This document shows positions 17,575 to 27,400 of a DNA stretch of 64,000 nt, in pieces (position 1 is the stretch's first letter; every line of letters begins with the position of its first letter). The position numbers and the translations under genes are program-made. Source of the stretch: Halieaceae bacterium (GTDB taxonomy: Bacteria > Pseudomonadota > Gammaproteobacteria > Pseudomonadales > Halieaceae); NCBI GenBank assembly GCA_963921335.3, contig CAWUFC020000002.1, positions 882,120 to 946,119 of the forward strand, in the 5' to 3' direction. The notes under the pieces were generated by a model that saw only the letters and a program-made list of their open reading frames with translations, was not told where the DNA came from and did no database searches.

Positions 17575-18879
17575 ATGAAACGCAGATCATTGCTCAAATT
17601 GTTCTCCATGGGCGGCCTGGCGGCAGGCATGATGAGCTCCGGCAGACTGCTTGCCGCCCCTTCAGACTATAGAGGCCGCTTTTTGGTCACCATACAGGCT
17701 GATGGTGCCTGGGATGTATCCAGTTTCTGCGATCCCAAGACCAATGTCGCCGGCGAACCAGATATAAATAATTGGGCCCACTTAAGAGATCCGGATAGTG
17801 CGGGAAATATCAATTACGCTGCGTTTGCTGACAACCGTTATTTCTTCGAGAAGTACCATCGCTACATGATGGTCATCAATGGTATTGACTATCAGACTAA
17901 CGCGCACGCTGTCGGCATACTGCACAACTGGAGCGGCCGTAATTCACAAGGGTTTCCCTCATTGCCCGCCTTATACTGTGCTGTTGAAGCACCCAATTTA
18001 CCTATGAGCTACCTGAGCTTTGGCGGATGGGGCCAAACTGATAATTTGGTGCATACCACGGTGGTCAGCGATGTGTCTCCACTGGCTAATATACTCAAGC
18101 CAAACGTTGGCCAATGGGACCCGGACAACAACGTGCGCCTGCCAGAGGCCAATGCCATCATTCTCAAAGCACAGCAGGCGCGACTGAAACGTCTTGCGGG
18201 GGAGGAAGGAATACTGCCTCGCCAACAATACAATATTGCCTCCCAGCGCGCCGCTCTTGCCGGCGCTGAATCTCTAGAAGCGTTTGCCGACATCCTGCCG
18301 GGACCAAACCAGTGGGAGCAGCCAGTTACGATCGGCGATCATTACACGAGCACGCGTCAACAAGCGCAGGTTGCAGTTCTTGGCTTTCGATCTGGGGCTG
18401 CGGCATCCGCTGACTTACATATGGGTGGATTTGATACACACAGCTCCCATGACGCAGACCACGAACCATTGATGGCGGCACTTACAGATGCCGTTGATTA
18501 CCTGTGGGATTACGCAGAAGAAAACGGTGTAGCCGACAGAATGACCGTCATCTTGGGTTCTGATTTTGCCCGCACCCCTTTCTATAACTCCTATGAGGGT
18601 AAGGATCACTGGTCCATCGGCAGCCTGATCGTGATGGAGAAAAACGCAACGTGGGGTAACCGAGTTATCGGACTGACCGACGAGGCGCAAAATGCCTATC
18701 GCATTAATCCATCCACACTTAAGAGGGATGATAAAAATGGCACCATCATTTATCCAAAGCATGTACACAAAGCCTTGCGTCGCTATCTAGGTGTAAGCAA
18801 TTTTGCCGACCAAGCAGGCTATCAATTTGCCAACACAGAAGATTTTGACTTCTTTAATCCCAGAAAATCGACCAGCTGA
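17575..18879 (+). CDS. DUF1501 domain-containing protein (sulfatase/phosphatase-superfamily-like), Tat signal
   Basis: MKRRSLLKLFSMGGLAAG is a twin-arginine leader. GGFDTHSSHD and GSDFARTPFYNSYEGKDHW match the recalled DUF1501 motifs (GGWDTH, SEFGRTP..N..G.DHW). The ATG at 17575 lies 5 nt after the upstream stop. Confidence 0.75.
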   Translation: MKRRSLLKLFSMGGLAAGMMSSGRLLAAPSDYRGRFLVTIQADGAWDVSSFCDPKTNVAGEPDINNWAHLRDPDSAGNINYAAFADNRYFFEKYHRYMMVINGIDYQTNAHAVGILHNWSGRNSQGFPSLPALYCAVEAPNLPMSYLSFGGWGQTDNLVHTTVVSDVSPLANILKPNVGQWDPDNNVRLPEANAIILKAQQARLKRLAGEEGILPRQQYNIASQRAALAGAESLEAFADILPGPNQWEQPVTIGDHYTSTRQQAQVAVLGFRSGAAASADLHMGGFDTHSSHDADHEPLMAALTDAVDYLWDYAEENGVADRMTVILGSDFARTPFYNSYEGKDHWSIGSLIVMEKNATWGNRVIGLTDEAQNAYRINPSTLKRDDKNGTIIYPKHVHKALRRYLGVSNFADQAGYQFANTEDFDFFNPRKSTS

Positions 18880-18981
18880 TCCCCGCCAACTCCCCTACCC
18901 TTTGGTTGGTTCTGTGTTGCGTATACAGACGAACTGAGCATAGGGGAAGTTCGGCCGCTGCATTACTTTGAGCAGGACCTT

Positions 18982-19821
18982 GTGATGTATCGATCCGAGC
19001 GTGGGACCGTGCATGTTGCGGAAGCCTATTATCCGCACCTTGGTGCGCACCTCGGACATGGAGGCAAGCTTGCAGGAGATCGCATCAGTTGTCCTTTTCA
19101 TGGCTGGGAATTTGATCCCGATGGCCGCTGTGGCGCCATCCATTATGCAAAGAAACTGCCAAAGAAATCCCAACAGCCGAACTTCCTGTTCCAGTTTCCT
19201 GTCCACGAGGCCAACGGCATAATCTGGGTATGGTTTCACCCTGACAGGATCGAACCGCTGTTCGACATGGAAGACTTGGGTGAGGTGCTGGACGATAGTT
19301 GGAGTGAAGAATATGAGCGACGCGCCTGGACGATAAATGTGGCATTACAGGAGGCATCCGAGAATGCAGTAGACAATGCGCACTTTCTGTTTGTCCACAA
19401 CGCTTACGGCATGCCGCGTCCAGAAGTCAGCTTTGATGGCCACCAACGCTCGGCGGTGATAAATGGCGGTCTGGCAGGGGAAAGTAAAGATCGTAATTTT
19501 CAGTTCACCATGCATACGCATAACGATGGTCCCGGGGTCGCTTTTCAACACTTCACCGGAAGTTTTGACAGTTTTCTGTTTGGCATGGTGACCCCGATTA
19601 CCAGGGAGCAAATGGTTTTGCGATTCGCTTTCGCTACCAAGCAAAGTTTGAGTGCCGAGGAAAGGCTAATTGTTGACGCTTATGTCGGTGAGGTCATCAA
19701 ACAGGTAGAGCAGGATATTCCTATATGGGAGAACAAACGCTATGAACCAGATCCCACACTTTGCGATGGCGATGGTCCTATCGCGCAGTTCAGGAAATGG
19801 TTCACCCGGTTTTACCCATAG
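18982..19821 (+). CDS. Rieske-type non-heme iron oxygenase (KshA/cholesterol-7-desaturase-like), apparently defective
   Basis: The sequence has YPHLGAHLGHGGKLAGDRISCPFHGWEFDPDGRC, a Rieske C-x-H-x17-C-x2-H motif with Tyr in place of the first Cys. The mononuclear iron motif NAVDNAHFLFVHN is present. Domain homology (FGWFCVAYTDELSIGEV) continues upstream of the first canonical start codon. Confidence 0.6.
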   Translation: MMYRSERGTVHVAEAYYPHLGAHLGHGGKLAGDRISCPFHGWEFDPDGRCGAIHYAKKLPKKSQQPNFLFQFPVHEANGIIWVWFHPDRIEPLFDMEDLGEVLDDSWSEEYERRAWTINVALQEASENAVDNAHFLFVHNAYGMPRPEVSFDGHQRSAVINGGLAGESKDRNFQFTMHTHNDGPGVAFQHFTGSFDSFLFGMVTPITREQMVLRFAFATKQSLSAEERLIVDAYVGEVIKQVEQDIPIWENKRYEPDPTLCDGDGPIAQFRKWFTRFYP

Positions 19822-19991
19822 CGTGAGTTTTGTCGGGGGTGCACCCCACCTGCCCGCCACCACGCAGGCGAGGCGATGCCAATCAGTGACTTAGACTAAA
19901 ACGGGGGCTCAACCGCTCTGCAACCGGCGGTTTGATAGGGGGCAGAGCTAAAGTACACTTACCACATTAAAAAAATAATCTTGGCTATATT

Positions 19992-21854
19992 ATGATCGCG
20001 TTGTCCCGTCTATTCAGATACCTGGTCGAGTTTGGCTTCTATGCTTTCCTCGCAGGCTATTGGTACCTTGTTCACAACTTGTTCCCCTGGTACGCAGTCG
20101 CCGGGGCGCTGTTGTCCTACCTGGGTTATCGCACACTTTATCAACGGATACCCGGGCAGCTGCCGCAGCCCGCGCTGGTTGTCATAGCAGCTGTAGCGTT
20201 CTTTCTGATGCTGAATCCGCTGCAAAGCCTCTATGGCGCCAGCCTGCTCGTCTGGGGTGTGCTGTTCGCCCTGATGTTCCGCCTCAGTTTTGCACAGCTA
20301 GCCAGTGCAACATGGAAGACTGGCGCGCTACTGGTCAGCTATATCATCTTCCTGGCGCTACCGTTGGGAAAGCCACGCATGGGGCCCACTACCCCGGCGG
20401 CCCAGGATGGAGAACCCCTGGACGTTGCCATCGTTGGCGCCGGTTTCGGCGGCATGGCCATGGGCAAGGAATTGCTGGATGCAGGCTTCACCAACTTTCG
20501 AATTTACGAGGGTGCGTCCGAGGTGGGAGGCACATGGTGGCATAATCGCTACCCTGGCTTGCATGTAGACGTTCAATCAGTTCTCTACAGTTTTTCTTAC
20601 TTTCCCAATCCCAACTGGTCGAAGCGCTGGGCACCCCGCAAAGAACTTGCGGCGTATGCCGTCAACCTGTCCCACGCGACAGGCGTACGCCCATTCATTC
20701 AGTTCAACAGCTGGGTAGAAGGCGTTCGCTTCAACGATGTAGCCCAGCTGTGGGAGATATCCGTCGGGGGAGAGACCGTGCAGGCGCGTCATGCTGTGCT
20801 TTCCAATGGCGGTCTGCATATTCCCAAAACGCCAAATTTCAAAGGTATGGATGACTATAGGGGCATTCGCTTTCATTCAGCGCGTTGGCGCGAAGATGTT
20901 GATTTGGCCAACAAGCGTATCGCCGTGATCGGCAGCGGCGCCAGCGCTGTGCAGATCATACCCGAGATCGCCAAGGTAGCGGCGCAAGTCGATATGTACC
21001 AGCGCACCCCCAACTGGGTCGCACCACAGGATAACCGAGAGGTAACAGCCCTGCGCCAGTGGGTGAATGAATATGTACCCATGGCCTTTAAAATGCAGCG
21101 TCTGCGCAATGCCGCGTCAGCCGAGATTGGCTTTAGAGCCACCTTCCCGCTCGATTCCACAATCAGGCCCCGTGTTGAGGAACAGCTGAAAAGTTACATC
21201 GCAGCAACGGTCAAAGATCAGGATTTAGTGCCAAAGCTTATCCCGGACTATGAATTCGGCTGCAAACGCCCGCTGGTCACACAGCACTTCTATCCCAGCC
21301 TGAACCGGGACAATGTCGATGTGATCACCGAGGGCATTGAACGGCTCACCGCTGCGGGGATTCTTAGCAGTGAAGGCGCAGAGCGACAATACGACATCAT
21401 CGTCATGGCCACCGGCTACGACCTCGCCGACGTGCCCTTCCCAGTTGAGGGCCGCGGGGGTCTGTCAATGGCCGAGGAATGGGCAGAAGTACCCAGCGCT
21501 TACGAAGGCATGATGGTTCAAGGCTTTCCAAATCTACACCTGATGTCGGGTCCCAACAGTGGCTTTATTGGCTCCTTTATCATTCATCTCGAGGCGGCTG
21601 CAAATTACAACATTCAGGTAATTCGCAGAGCTAGTGGAGAGTTTTTGGTTGAACCCCAGCAGGACGCTCAGCAGAGTTACAACGAAGCGCTGCAGGCGGA
21701 CCTTCAGAAAACCGTCTGGGCTGGCAGTTGTAAAAGCTGGTATAAACTCGACAACGGTCATGTAATCGCCAATCATCCTCACGCTGTATCCAGGGTCATT
21801 TACGATCGCTCAAAACCGCGCTGGGAAGATTTCACTTTTACACCGCGTAAATAA
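19992..21854 (+). CDS. flavin-dependent (Baeyer-Villiger/FMO class B) monooxygenase with ~140-aa hydrophobic N-terminal extension
   Basis: The diagnostic motifs are VAIVGAGFGGMA (GxGxxG), GGTWWHNRYPG, FKGMDDYRGIRFHSARW (FxGxxxHxxxW) and IAVIGSGASAVQ. Residues 1-125 form about four hydrophobic helices. Confidence 0.75.
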   Translation: MIALSRLFRYLVEFGFYAFLAGYWYLVHNLFPWYAVAGALLSYLGYRTLYQRIPGQLPQPALVVIAAVAFFLMLNPLQSLYGASLLVWGVLFALMFRLSFAQLASATWKTGALLVSYIIFLALPLGKPRMGPTTPAAQDGEPLDVAIVGAGFGGMAMGKELLDAGFTNFRIYEGASEVGGTWWHNRYPGLHVDVQSVLYSFSYFPNPNWSKRWAPRKELAAYAVNLSHATGVRPFIQFNSWVEGVRFNDVAQLWEISVGGETVQARHAVLSNGGLHIPKTPNFKGMDDYRGIRFHSARWREDVDLANKRIAVIGSGASAVQIIPEIAKVAAQVDMYQRTPNWVAPQDNREVTALRQWVNEYVPMAFKMQRLRNAASAEIGFRATFPLDSTIRPRVEEQLKSYIAATVKDQDLVPKLIPDYEFGCKRPLVTQHFYPSLNRDNVDVITEGIERLTAAGILSSEGAERQYDIIVMATGYDLADVPFPVEGRGGLSMAEEWAEVPSAYEGMMVQGFPNLHLMSGPNSGFIGSFIIHLEAAANYNIQVIRRASGEFLVEPQQDAQQSYNEALQADLQKTVWAGSCKSWYKLDNGHVIANHPHAVSRVIYDRSKPRWEDFTFTPRK

Positions 21855-22009
21855 AGAGACTGTAGGGTCTCAATGGTGACTTCGCATATATCTGATACAA
21901 AGTCGGCTCACATCGGTTATCCCTGATAATTAGTCAGAAAATATCCGCTGTTTTTCACCCACATTTCCCAACACTATCGCAATGAGTGAACCGTAATGAC
22001 CGGAGAGAG

Positions 22010-22702
22010 ATGATGGCGATGAACGAAGTAACAAGCATGCTGGACAAGCTGCAGGTGAAGGGTAAATCTTCCGGATTGGGTGGCCTCGGCGGGGGCTTGC
22101 TGGGCGGCGTAGCCGGCGGCGCGATCACCAGCCTATTGATGCACAAGAAGGGACGCAAAACCCTGGGCAGCGTGGCCAAGGTTGGAGGTATAGCCGCGCT
22201 CGGCGGTCTCGCCTGGAAAGCTTACGATCATTACCAGCAGAACAGTCAGCAGCAGACCGCGCTCGCTGCAAATGATGCCGCGTTGACGGTGCCGACACCG
22301 GCCCCGAAACTGGAGCGAGAGGGTTTCGAAATCGACAGCACCAGCACCCAGGGGCAGATTCGGTCGTGGCTGCTGATACAAGCCATGATTGCTGCCGCCA
22401 ACGCCGACGGGCACATTGACGCCGCGGAAAGGCAGCGCATCTTTGATCACGTCAATGAGCTGGGCATAAGCCGTGAAGAACGGGCAATGCTGCTGGATGC
22501 ACTGGAGAATCCGGCGGGAGTCAAAGAGATCGCCATGCAGGTGCGGGACCAGGAAACCGCGGTTGAAGTTTACCTGGCCTCAACACTGGCGCTGGATAGC
22601 AATTGCGGAGAAGGCAGGCGCTATCTTAACGCGCTGGCTTTCGTCCTTGAGCTGCCCTCTGAACTGACCAACCACCTGGAGCAGCAGGTCGCCCACGCCT
22701 GA
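22010..22702 (+). CDS. DUF533/TerB-like (YebE family) protein
   Basis: It has a Gly-rich segment GLGGLGGGLLGGVAGGAITSLLM, then GGIAALGGLAWKAYDHYQQ, and a C-terminal TerB-like region AMIAAANADGHIDAAERQRIF. GGAG lies just upstream of ATG 22010/22013. The ORF-track GTG start is at 21986. Confidence 0.6.
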   Translation: MMAMNEVTSMLDKLQVKGKSSGLGGLGGGLLGGVAGGAITSLLMHKKGRKTLGSVAKVGGIAALGGLAWKAYDHYQQNSQQQTALAANDAALTVPTPAPKLEREGFEIDSTSTQGQIRSWLLIQAMIAAANADGHIDAAERQRIFDHVNELGISREERAMLLDALENPAGVKEIAMQVRDQETAVEVYLASTLALDSNCGEGRRYLNALAFVLELPSELTNHLEQQVAHA

Positions 22703-22705
22703 GAT

Positions 22706-24388
22706 CTAGTCCGCCAGATCCAGCACCGCACCAAAGCTGGCGCTGGCAGTATTGCGACTGAACTTGGCCAATACACCGCGGGTATAGCGGGGCTCTGGCT
22801 GAGTCCATGCGGCGCGGCGACGATCCAGTTCAGCATCTTCCACGTGCAGCTCCAGTAGCTGTGTGTGGGCGTCTATGGTGATACTGTCACCCTCTTCGAC
22901 CAAGGCGATGGTACCGCCCACGTAGGCTTCAGGTGCTACATGCCCTACCACCATGCCCCAGGTGCCGCCGGAGAAACGTCCGTCGGTGATCAAACCAACC
23001 GTTTCACCCAAGCCCTGACCCACCAGTGCACCGGTGGGTGCGAGCATTTCTGGCATCCCCGGACCGCCTTTAGGACCCAGGTAACGCAGAACCACCACAT
23101 CACCATGGTTAATATTGCCTGCCAGAATTGAATCCAGCGCAGACTGCTCGTCATCAAAGACGCGTGCAGGCCCGGTGATGGAGGGATTCTTAAGCCCGGT
23201 AATCTTGGCGATAGCGCCTTCCTCGGCGAGATTGCCACGCAACACAGCCAGATGACCCTCTACATAGAGTGGCTTGTCGATCGGGCGGATAACATCCTGA
23301 CCATCCGGCACACCGGGTTCAAGGTCGGCCAGATTCTCAGCAACCGTTTTGCCCGTGATAGTCATGCAATCGCCATGCAACAGCCCGGCGTCCAGCAGCA
23401 CTTTCATCACCCTGGGGATACCGCCGGCGCGGTGCAGATCAATGGCCATATAGTTGCCGCTGGGCTTGAGATCACAGATCACGGGCACTTTGCGACGCAC
23501 ACGTTCGAAGTCGTCGATATCCCACTGCACGCCAGCAGCGTGGGCAATGGCCAGAAAATGCAGTACAGCATTGGTAGACCCCCCAGTGGCCATGACCACA
23601 GCCACCGCGTTCTCAATCGCCTCACGAGTCACAATATCCCGCGGCTTCAGGTCCGCTTGCACGGCCTGCACCAGTACCTGGGCACTCTCCAAGGCGCTGG
23701 CCCGCTTTTCATCCTCCACATTGGCCATGGTCGACGAATAGGGCAGGCTCATACCCAATGCTTCAAAGGCAGAACTCATGGTGTTGGCTGTGTACATGCC
23801 ACCACAAGACCCCGTACCGGGAATCGCATTGCGCTCTACCGCCAGCAGCTGTTCATCGTCAATCTGGCCTGCGCTGTACTCTCCGACTGCCTCAAAGACA
23901 CTAACAATATTAAGGTCACGACCATCCAGGCGACCAGGCAATATGGTACCGCCATAAACAAAGATGGCCGGCACATTGGCGCGCAGCATACCCATCATGC
24001 CGCCAGGCATATTCTTGTCGCAGCCACCGGTGACCAGCACGCCATCCATCCACTGGCCACCAACGCAGGTCTCGATACAGTCGGCAATCACCTCGCGAGA
24101 CACCAGACTATATTTCATGCCCTCAGTGCCCATGGCCATGCCATCGCTTATGGTAGGGGTGCCAAAGATCTGCGAATTGGCACCGGCAGCTGCCAGACCC
24201 CCAACTGCGGCATCCACCAAAGGCTGCATGCCCGAGTTGCAAGGAGTAATGGTTGAGTAAGAATTCGCCACGCCGATCATCGGCTTATCGAAATCCGCGG
24301 CTTCATAGCCCATGCCATAGAACATGGACCGGTTGGGAGCACGCTGGTACCCCTCGGTGATATTTTTAGAGCGACGATTTGAACCCAT
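22706..24388 (-). CDS. ilvD: dihydroxy-acid dehydratase
   Basis: 560-aa [43 protein letters not shown] and CDKNMPG are classic IlvD/Edd family signatures. Confidence 0.95.
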   Translation of the reverse strand: MGSNRRSKNITEGYQRAPNRSMFYGMGYEAADFDKPMIGVANSYSTITPCNSGMQPLVDAAVGGLAAAGANSQIFGTPTISDGMAMGTEGMKYSLVSREVIADCIETCVGGQWMDGVLVTGGCDKNMPGGMMGMLRANVPAIFVYGGTILPGRLDGRDLNIVSVFEAVGEYSAGQIDDEQLLAVERNAIPGTGSCGGMYTANTMSSAFEALGMSLPYSSTMANVEDEKRASALESAQVLVQAVQADLKPRDIVTREAIENAVAVVMATGGSTNAVLHFLAIAHAAGVQWDIDDFERVRRKVPVICDLKPSGNYMAIDLHRAGGIPRVMKVLLDAGLLHGDCMTITGKTVAENLADLEPGVPDGQDVIRPIDKPLYVEGHLAVLRGNLAEEGAIAKITGLKNPSITGPARVFDDEQSALDSILAGNINHGDVVVLRYLGPKGGPGMPEMLAPTGALVGQGLGETVGLITDGRFSGGTWGMVVGHVAPEAYVGGTIALVEEGDSITIDAHTQLLELHVEDAELDRRRAAWTQPEPRYTRGVLAKFSRNTASASFGAVLDLAD

Positions 24389-24475
24389 GGATGATTCCCT
24401 GTTTACCGCAAGACCCAGAGCACGAGTTTACTCAATTTAACATCCGTAGGCTGCCACCAGATGAACTAAATCGCG

Positions 24476-27400
24476 CTACAGCACATAATTGTCAGCATCA
24501 GTCTGATTGAGTACAACACCAACCAATGTCACTACGGGCATCAGGTTATCACCACCACCATCTGTATCGACGCTGATCACGGTGCCACTTGAGTTGCTAT
24601 CAAATTCCAACCACCCCATCGAGAAGACCGTGTTGTCGCGCGGCGCACCAATTGATTCAAGTAGCTGCGAAAAATCCAGAATATCACCACTAGCGCTAAA
24701 TCCAGTGATCGTCTGATGCTCTACAACCACGACATTATCAAGCGCAGGGCCGCTAGCTCCAGCAGGCGCCAGACTTTCAAACTGCAACGGAGTAACACCA
24801 TGATTTGCGGTAAACGTAAACATATGCTGCGCCCACTTCATATCAGACAGGCTGACCGTGTCACTAAAATCAAAACGCTGAATGCTACTACCCGCCGAAG
24901 CTTCCACTGTCGCGGTTAAAGCTGCAATACCGCTGTACTCGTTTTTAGACAGGTTAAAGCTCACGTGATAATTGCTGCCGGCTTCGGTATCTAGCAATTG
25001 GACAATCCTGCCCGGCTCATTGCCGTTCATATCCAGGGACTGGTTGCCTTCAGCAGCCTGCCAAAATGTACCGATCACCTCGATACTGCCCTCTCGAATA
25101 TCCCATCCCGGCAAGCCGCTGGGAGGCACTCCCGGAGCAGCGGCGGTCAAAACCGCGCCATCAACGTAGGCGCCGAGGCTACCAAAGCCTCCTGGGAAGC
25201 TGTGGAACACTATGATCTCTGGCGCAAGAATATTGACATCACTACCGAGTGTTGTCGTAACCGAGACTGTCTCCCAGGTATTCGGGTCAGTATCAAGAAT
25301 AATCTTGTCACTAGAAATGCGCTCGCCAGGGGCATTGAGCGCACTGCGCATTTCGATATCGACAGATACCTCTACCCCGGCCTGCACCGTGTTCATTTTG
25401 ACTTCAAAAGTGACTTCAGTACCAGCCACAAAGGGGCCCTCAAGCATCTGGTGCACCTGCGAATTGGATCCGCCACCGGCGTGATTGACCTGGAGCATTT
25501 GGTTACCGAAGGGGACGATACCGTTGACGGCACCAGCCACGGTCGCACTTTCACCACCCCAGATATTGGTGCCAGGAGCCCAATAAACGTCGATCCCTGT
25601 TGTTGACTCAAAATCACCCTGGGCCAAAAGGTTTGGGTAGACCGGTGCCGCAAGCGTTTGCCAGCCACTTCCCACCACCGGATTTTCAAAGGAGCCATTG
25701 GTGGCCAGGTTTTCAATGACAAATGTGTTGCCCGCAGGTACACCGGTAATAGTTACGGGCAAAGACAACTGCGCCGACTTTGCCCCACCAGTGCCGTTAT
25801 TACCCTGGTCACTCACGCTCACCGTGAGGGTATCACTCCCCGAGTAGCCTGCAGTCGGGACATAACTGAGTCCGGCTACAAACGCGTCGTTGATCGCCGC
25901 TTGCGAACCTGAGTACGCCAGCGTGCCATCGCTACCCTCGCCATCAATCGCGACCAGTCCAGAGACATTACTCAAGGTCAGCGAACCACTTGAGGCTGAC
26001 AAGGTAATCGCTAACGGATCATTGCTGGCATCTGTGTCAGAGACACTGATCTGAGTCACTGTCAGACCAGTATCCTGCTCTGTCTGCAAGTTGACGTTGC
26101 CTCCAAATCCAATAACAGGGGCCTGGTTCGGTGGCGTTTCGTCGACATCGGTCACAGTAATCTGAATATCCTGCTCCACTCTGGCACCGCTACTGTCTTG
26201 CGCAGCGATTCTAAGCTGATAATTATTGTCAGCACCCGAATCGCCTGGTGCTTCAAAATTAGGTGCTGCGGCAAATCGAAGCTCACCGCTATTGCTTCCC
26301 AAACTGAACAACGCCGCGTCACTCCCGCCGACAATCGAATAGGAGATAGCGTCGCCGTCAGCATCAGTGGCCTGGACTGTCGCAGCTAGCGTCTGGTTCT
26401 CCGCGGCGAAAAAGGCAGCCGCAGTAGTAATTTCCGGGGCAATGTTCTCGTCGACGTCAACCACGGCGATACGAACCGCCAGGCTACTCTCAGCACTCTT
26501 GGTGTCCGTTGCACTAACTAACACGTCGTAGACATTGTCTCCATCAGCGTCTGCCGGCGACTCAAAATCCGGAGCCGATATAAAAGTCAGCACTCCGGTG
26601 TCAGAATCAATACTGAATAGACCCTGATCATCGCCGCTCAAACTATAAGTGATCGAGTCTCCGTCTGAATCGCTGGCGCTAACAGCGCCTACTGCGATCT
26701 GATTCTCGTTGACCTGAAATTCACCAGCGCCATCAAACTCCGGTGCAGCATTTACTTCAGTCACAGCCACAATGTAATCAGCCGCGCTGACACCACCGTA
26801 CGGATAACTGGCAGTGATGCGCAATTCATAGACATTGTCACCATCACTGTCCGATGGATTATCGTAGCTTGGAGCCTGATTAAAGCTAATTTGTCCACTA
26901 ATGGGATCAACACTGAGCTCATCACTGTCGTCACCACCGACAACCGCATAACGAATAACGTGACCCTGTTCGTCACTCGCTGCAACCGCACCAACCTGCA
27001 ATACACCTTCAGACACCGAAAGGTCACCGACGGGCAGTAACACGGGCGCTGTGTTGAGCTGATCATCAACATATACCGCAACCGACTCGAATGCTTTGAT
27101 TTGCAGGTCAAGGATACTGAAGACAAACACGTCTTCATCGGCAACACCGGTAACCTCGTCGGTTTGCTGATCTACGAACTTGATAAGCGCACCAAGGTCT
27201 TGAGTGAAAGCAGGATCAGCAGAAGCACCGTCCAGGTAAACAGACAGCGTGTCGGTACCCGCATCACCAGAAATCCGACCCTCGGTTTGAGCAAGAATGC
27301 TGACACTGTCATTACCTTCCCCACCCAAGATCGTGCTGAAACCAGCACTTACCAGGATACGATCATCACCACCATAGCCCAGTAAGCGATTTCCATTGCC

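Noticed and set aside
18877-18879. The DUF1501 and Rieske ORFs are in the same frame, separated by a single TGA, which could indicate a read-through fusion.
   Set aside because: Same-frame adjacency has a 1-in-3 chance. DUF1501 is Tat-exported, whereas Rieske oxygenases are cytoplasmic. A hidden TTG start with a homopolymer indel explains the layout more simply.
18895-19239. 114-aa minus-strand ORF between the DUF1501 and Rieske genes.
   Set aside because: It is antisense to the recognisable Rieske domain coding sequence, and I recognised no motif in it.
19822-19991. The GGGGTGCACCCC palindrome and the GCTCTGC...GCAGAGC stem downstream of the Rieske gene, considered as a terminator or sRNA.
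   Set aside because: The stems are short or loopless and have no U-tract. The evidence is too weak to call a feature.
23252-24256. 334-aa plus-strand ORF, plus similar long ORFs at 58159..59073, 37567..38355, 44101..44925, 42094..43377, 30013..30708 and 28055..28585.
   Set aside because: All lie antisense to confidently assigned genes (ilvD, the 58090 gene, RND, thiolase, katG, RTX). Their composition is skewed toward Arg, His and Gly and is not protein-like. These are typical shadow ORFs of GC-rich DNA.
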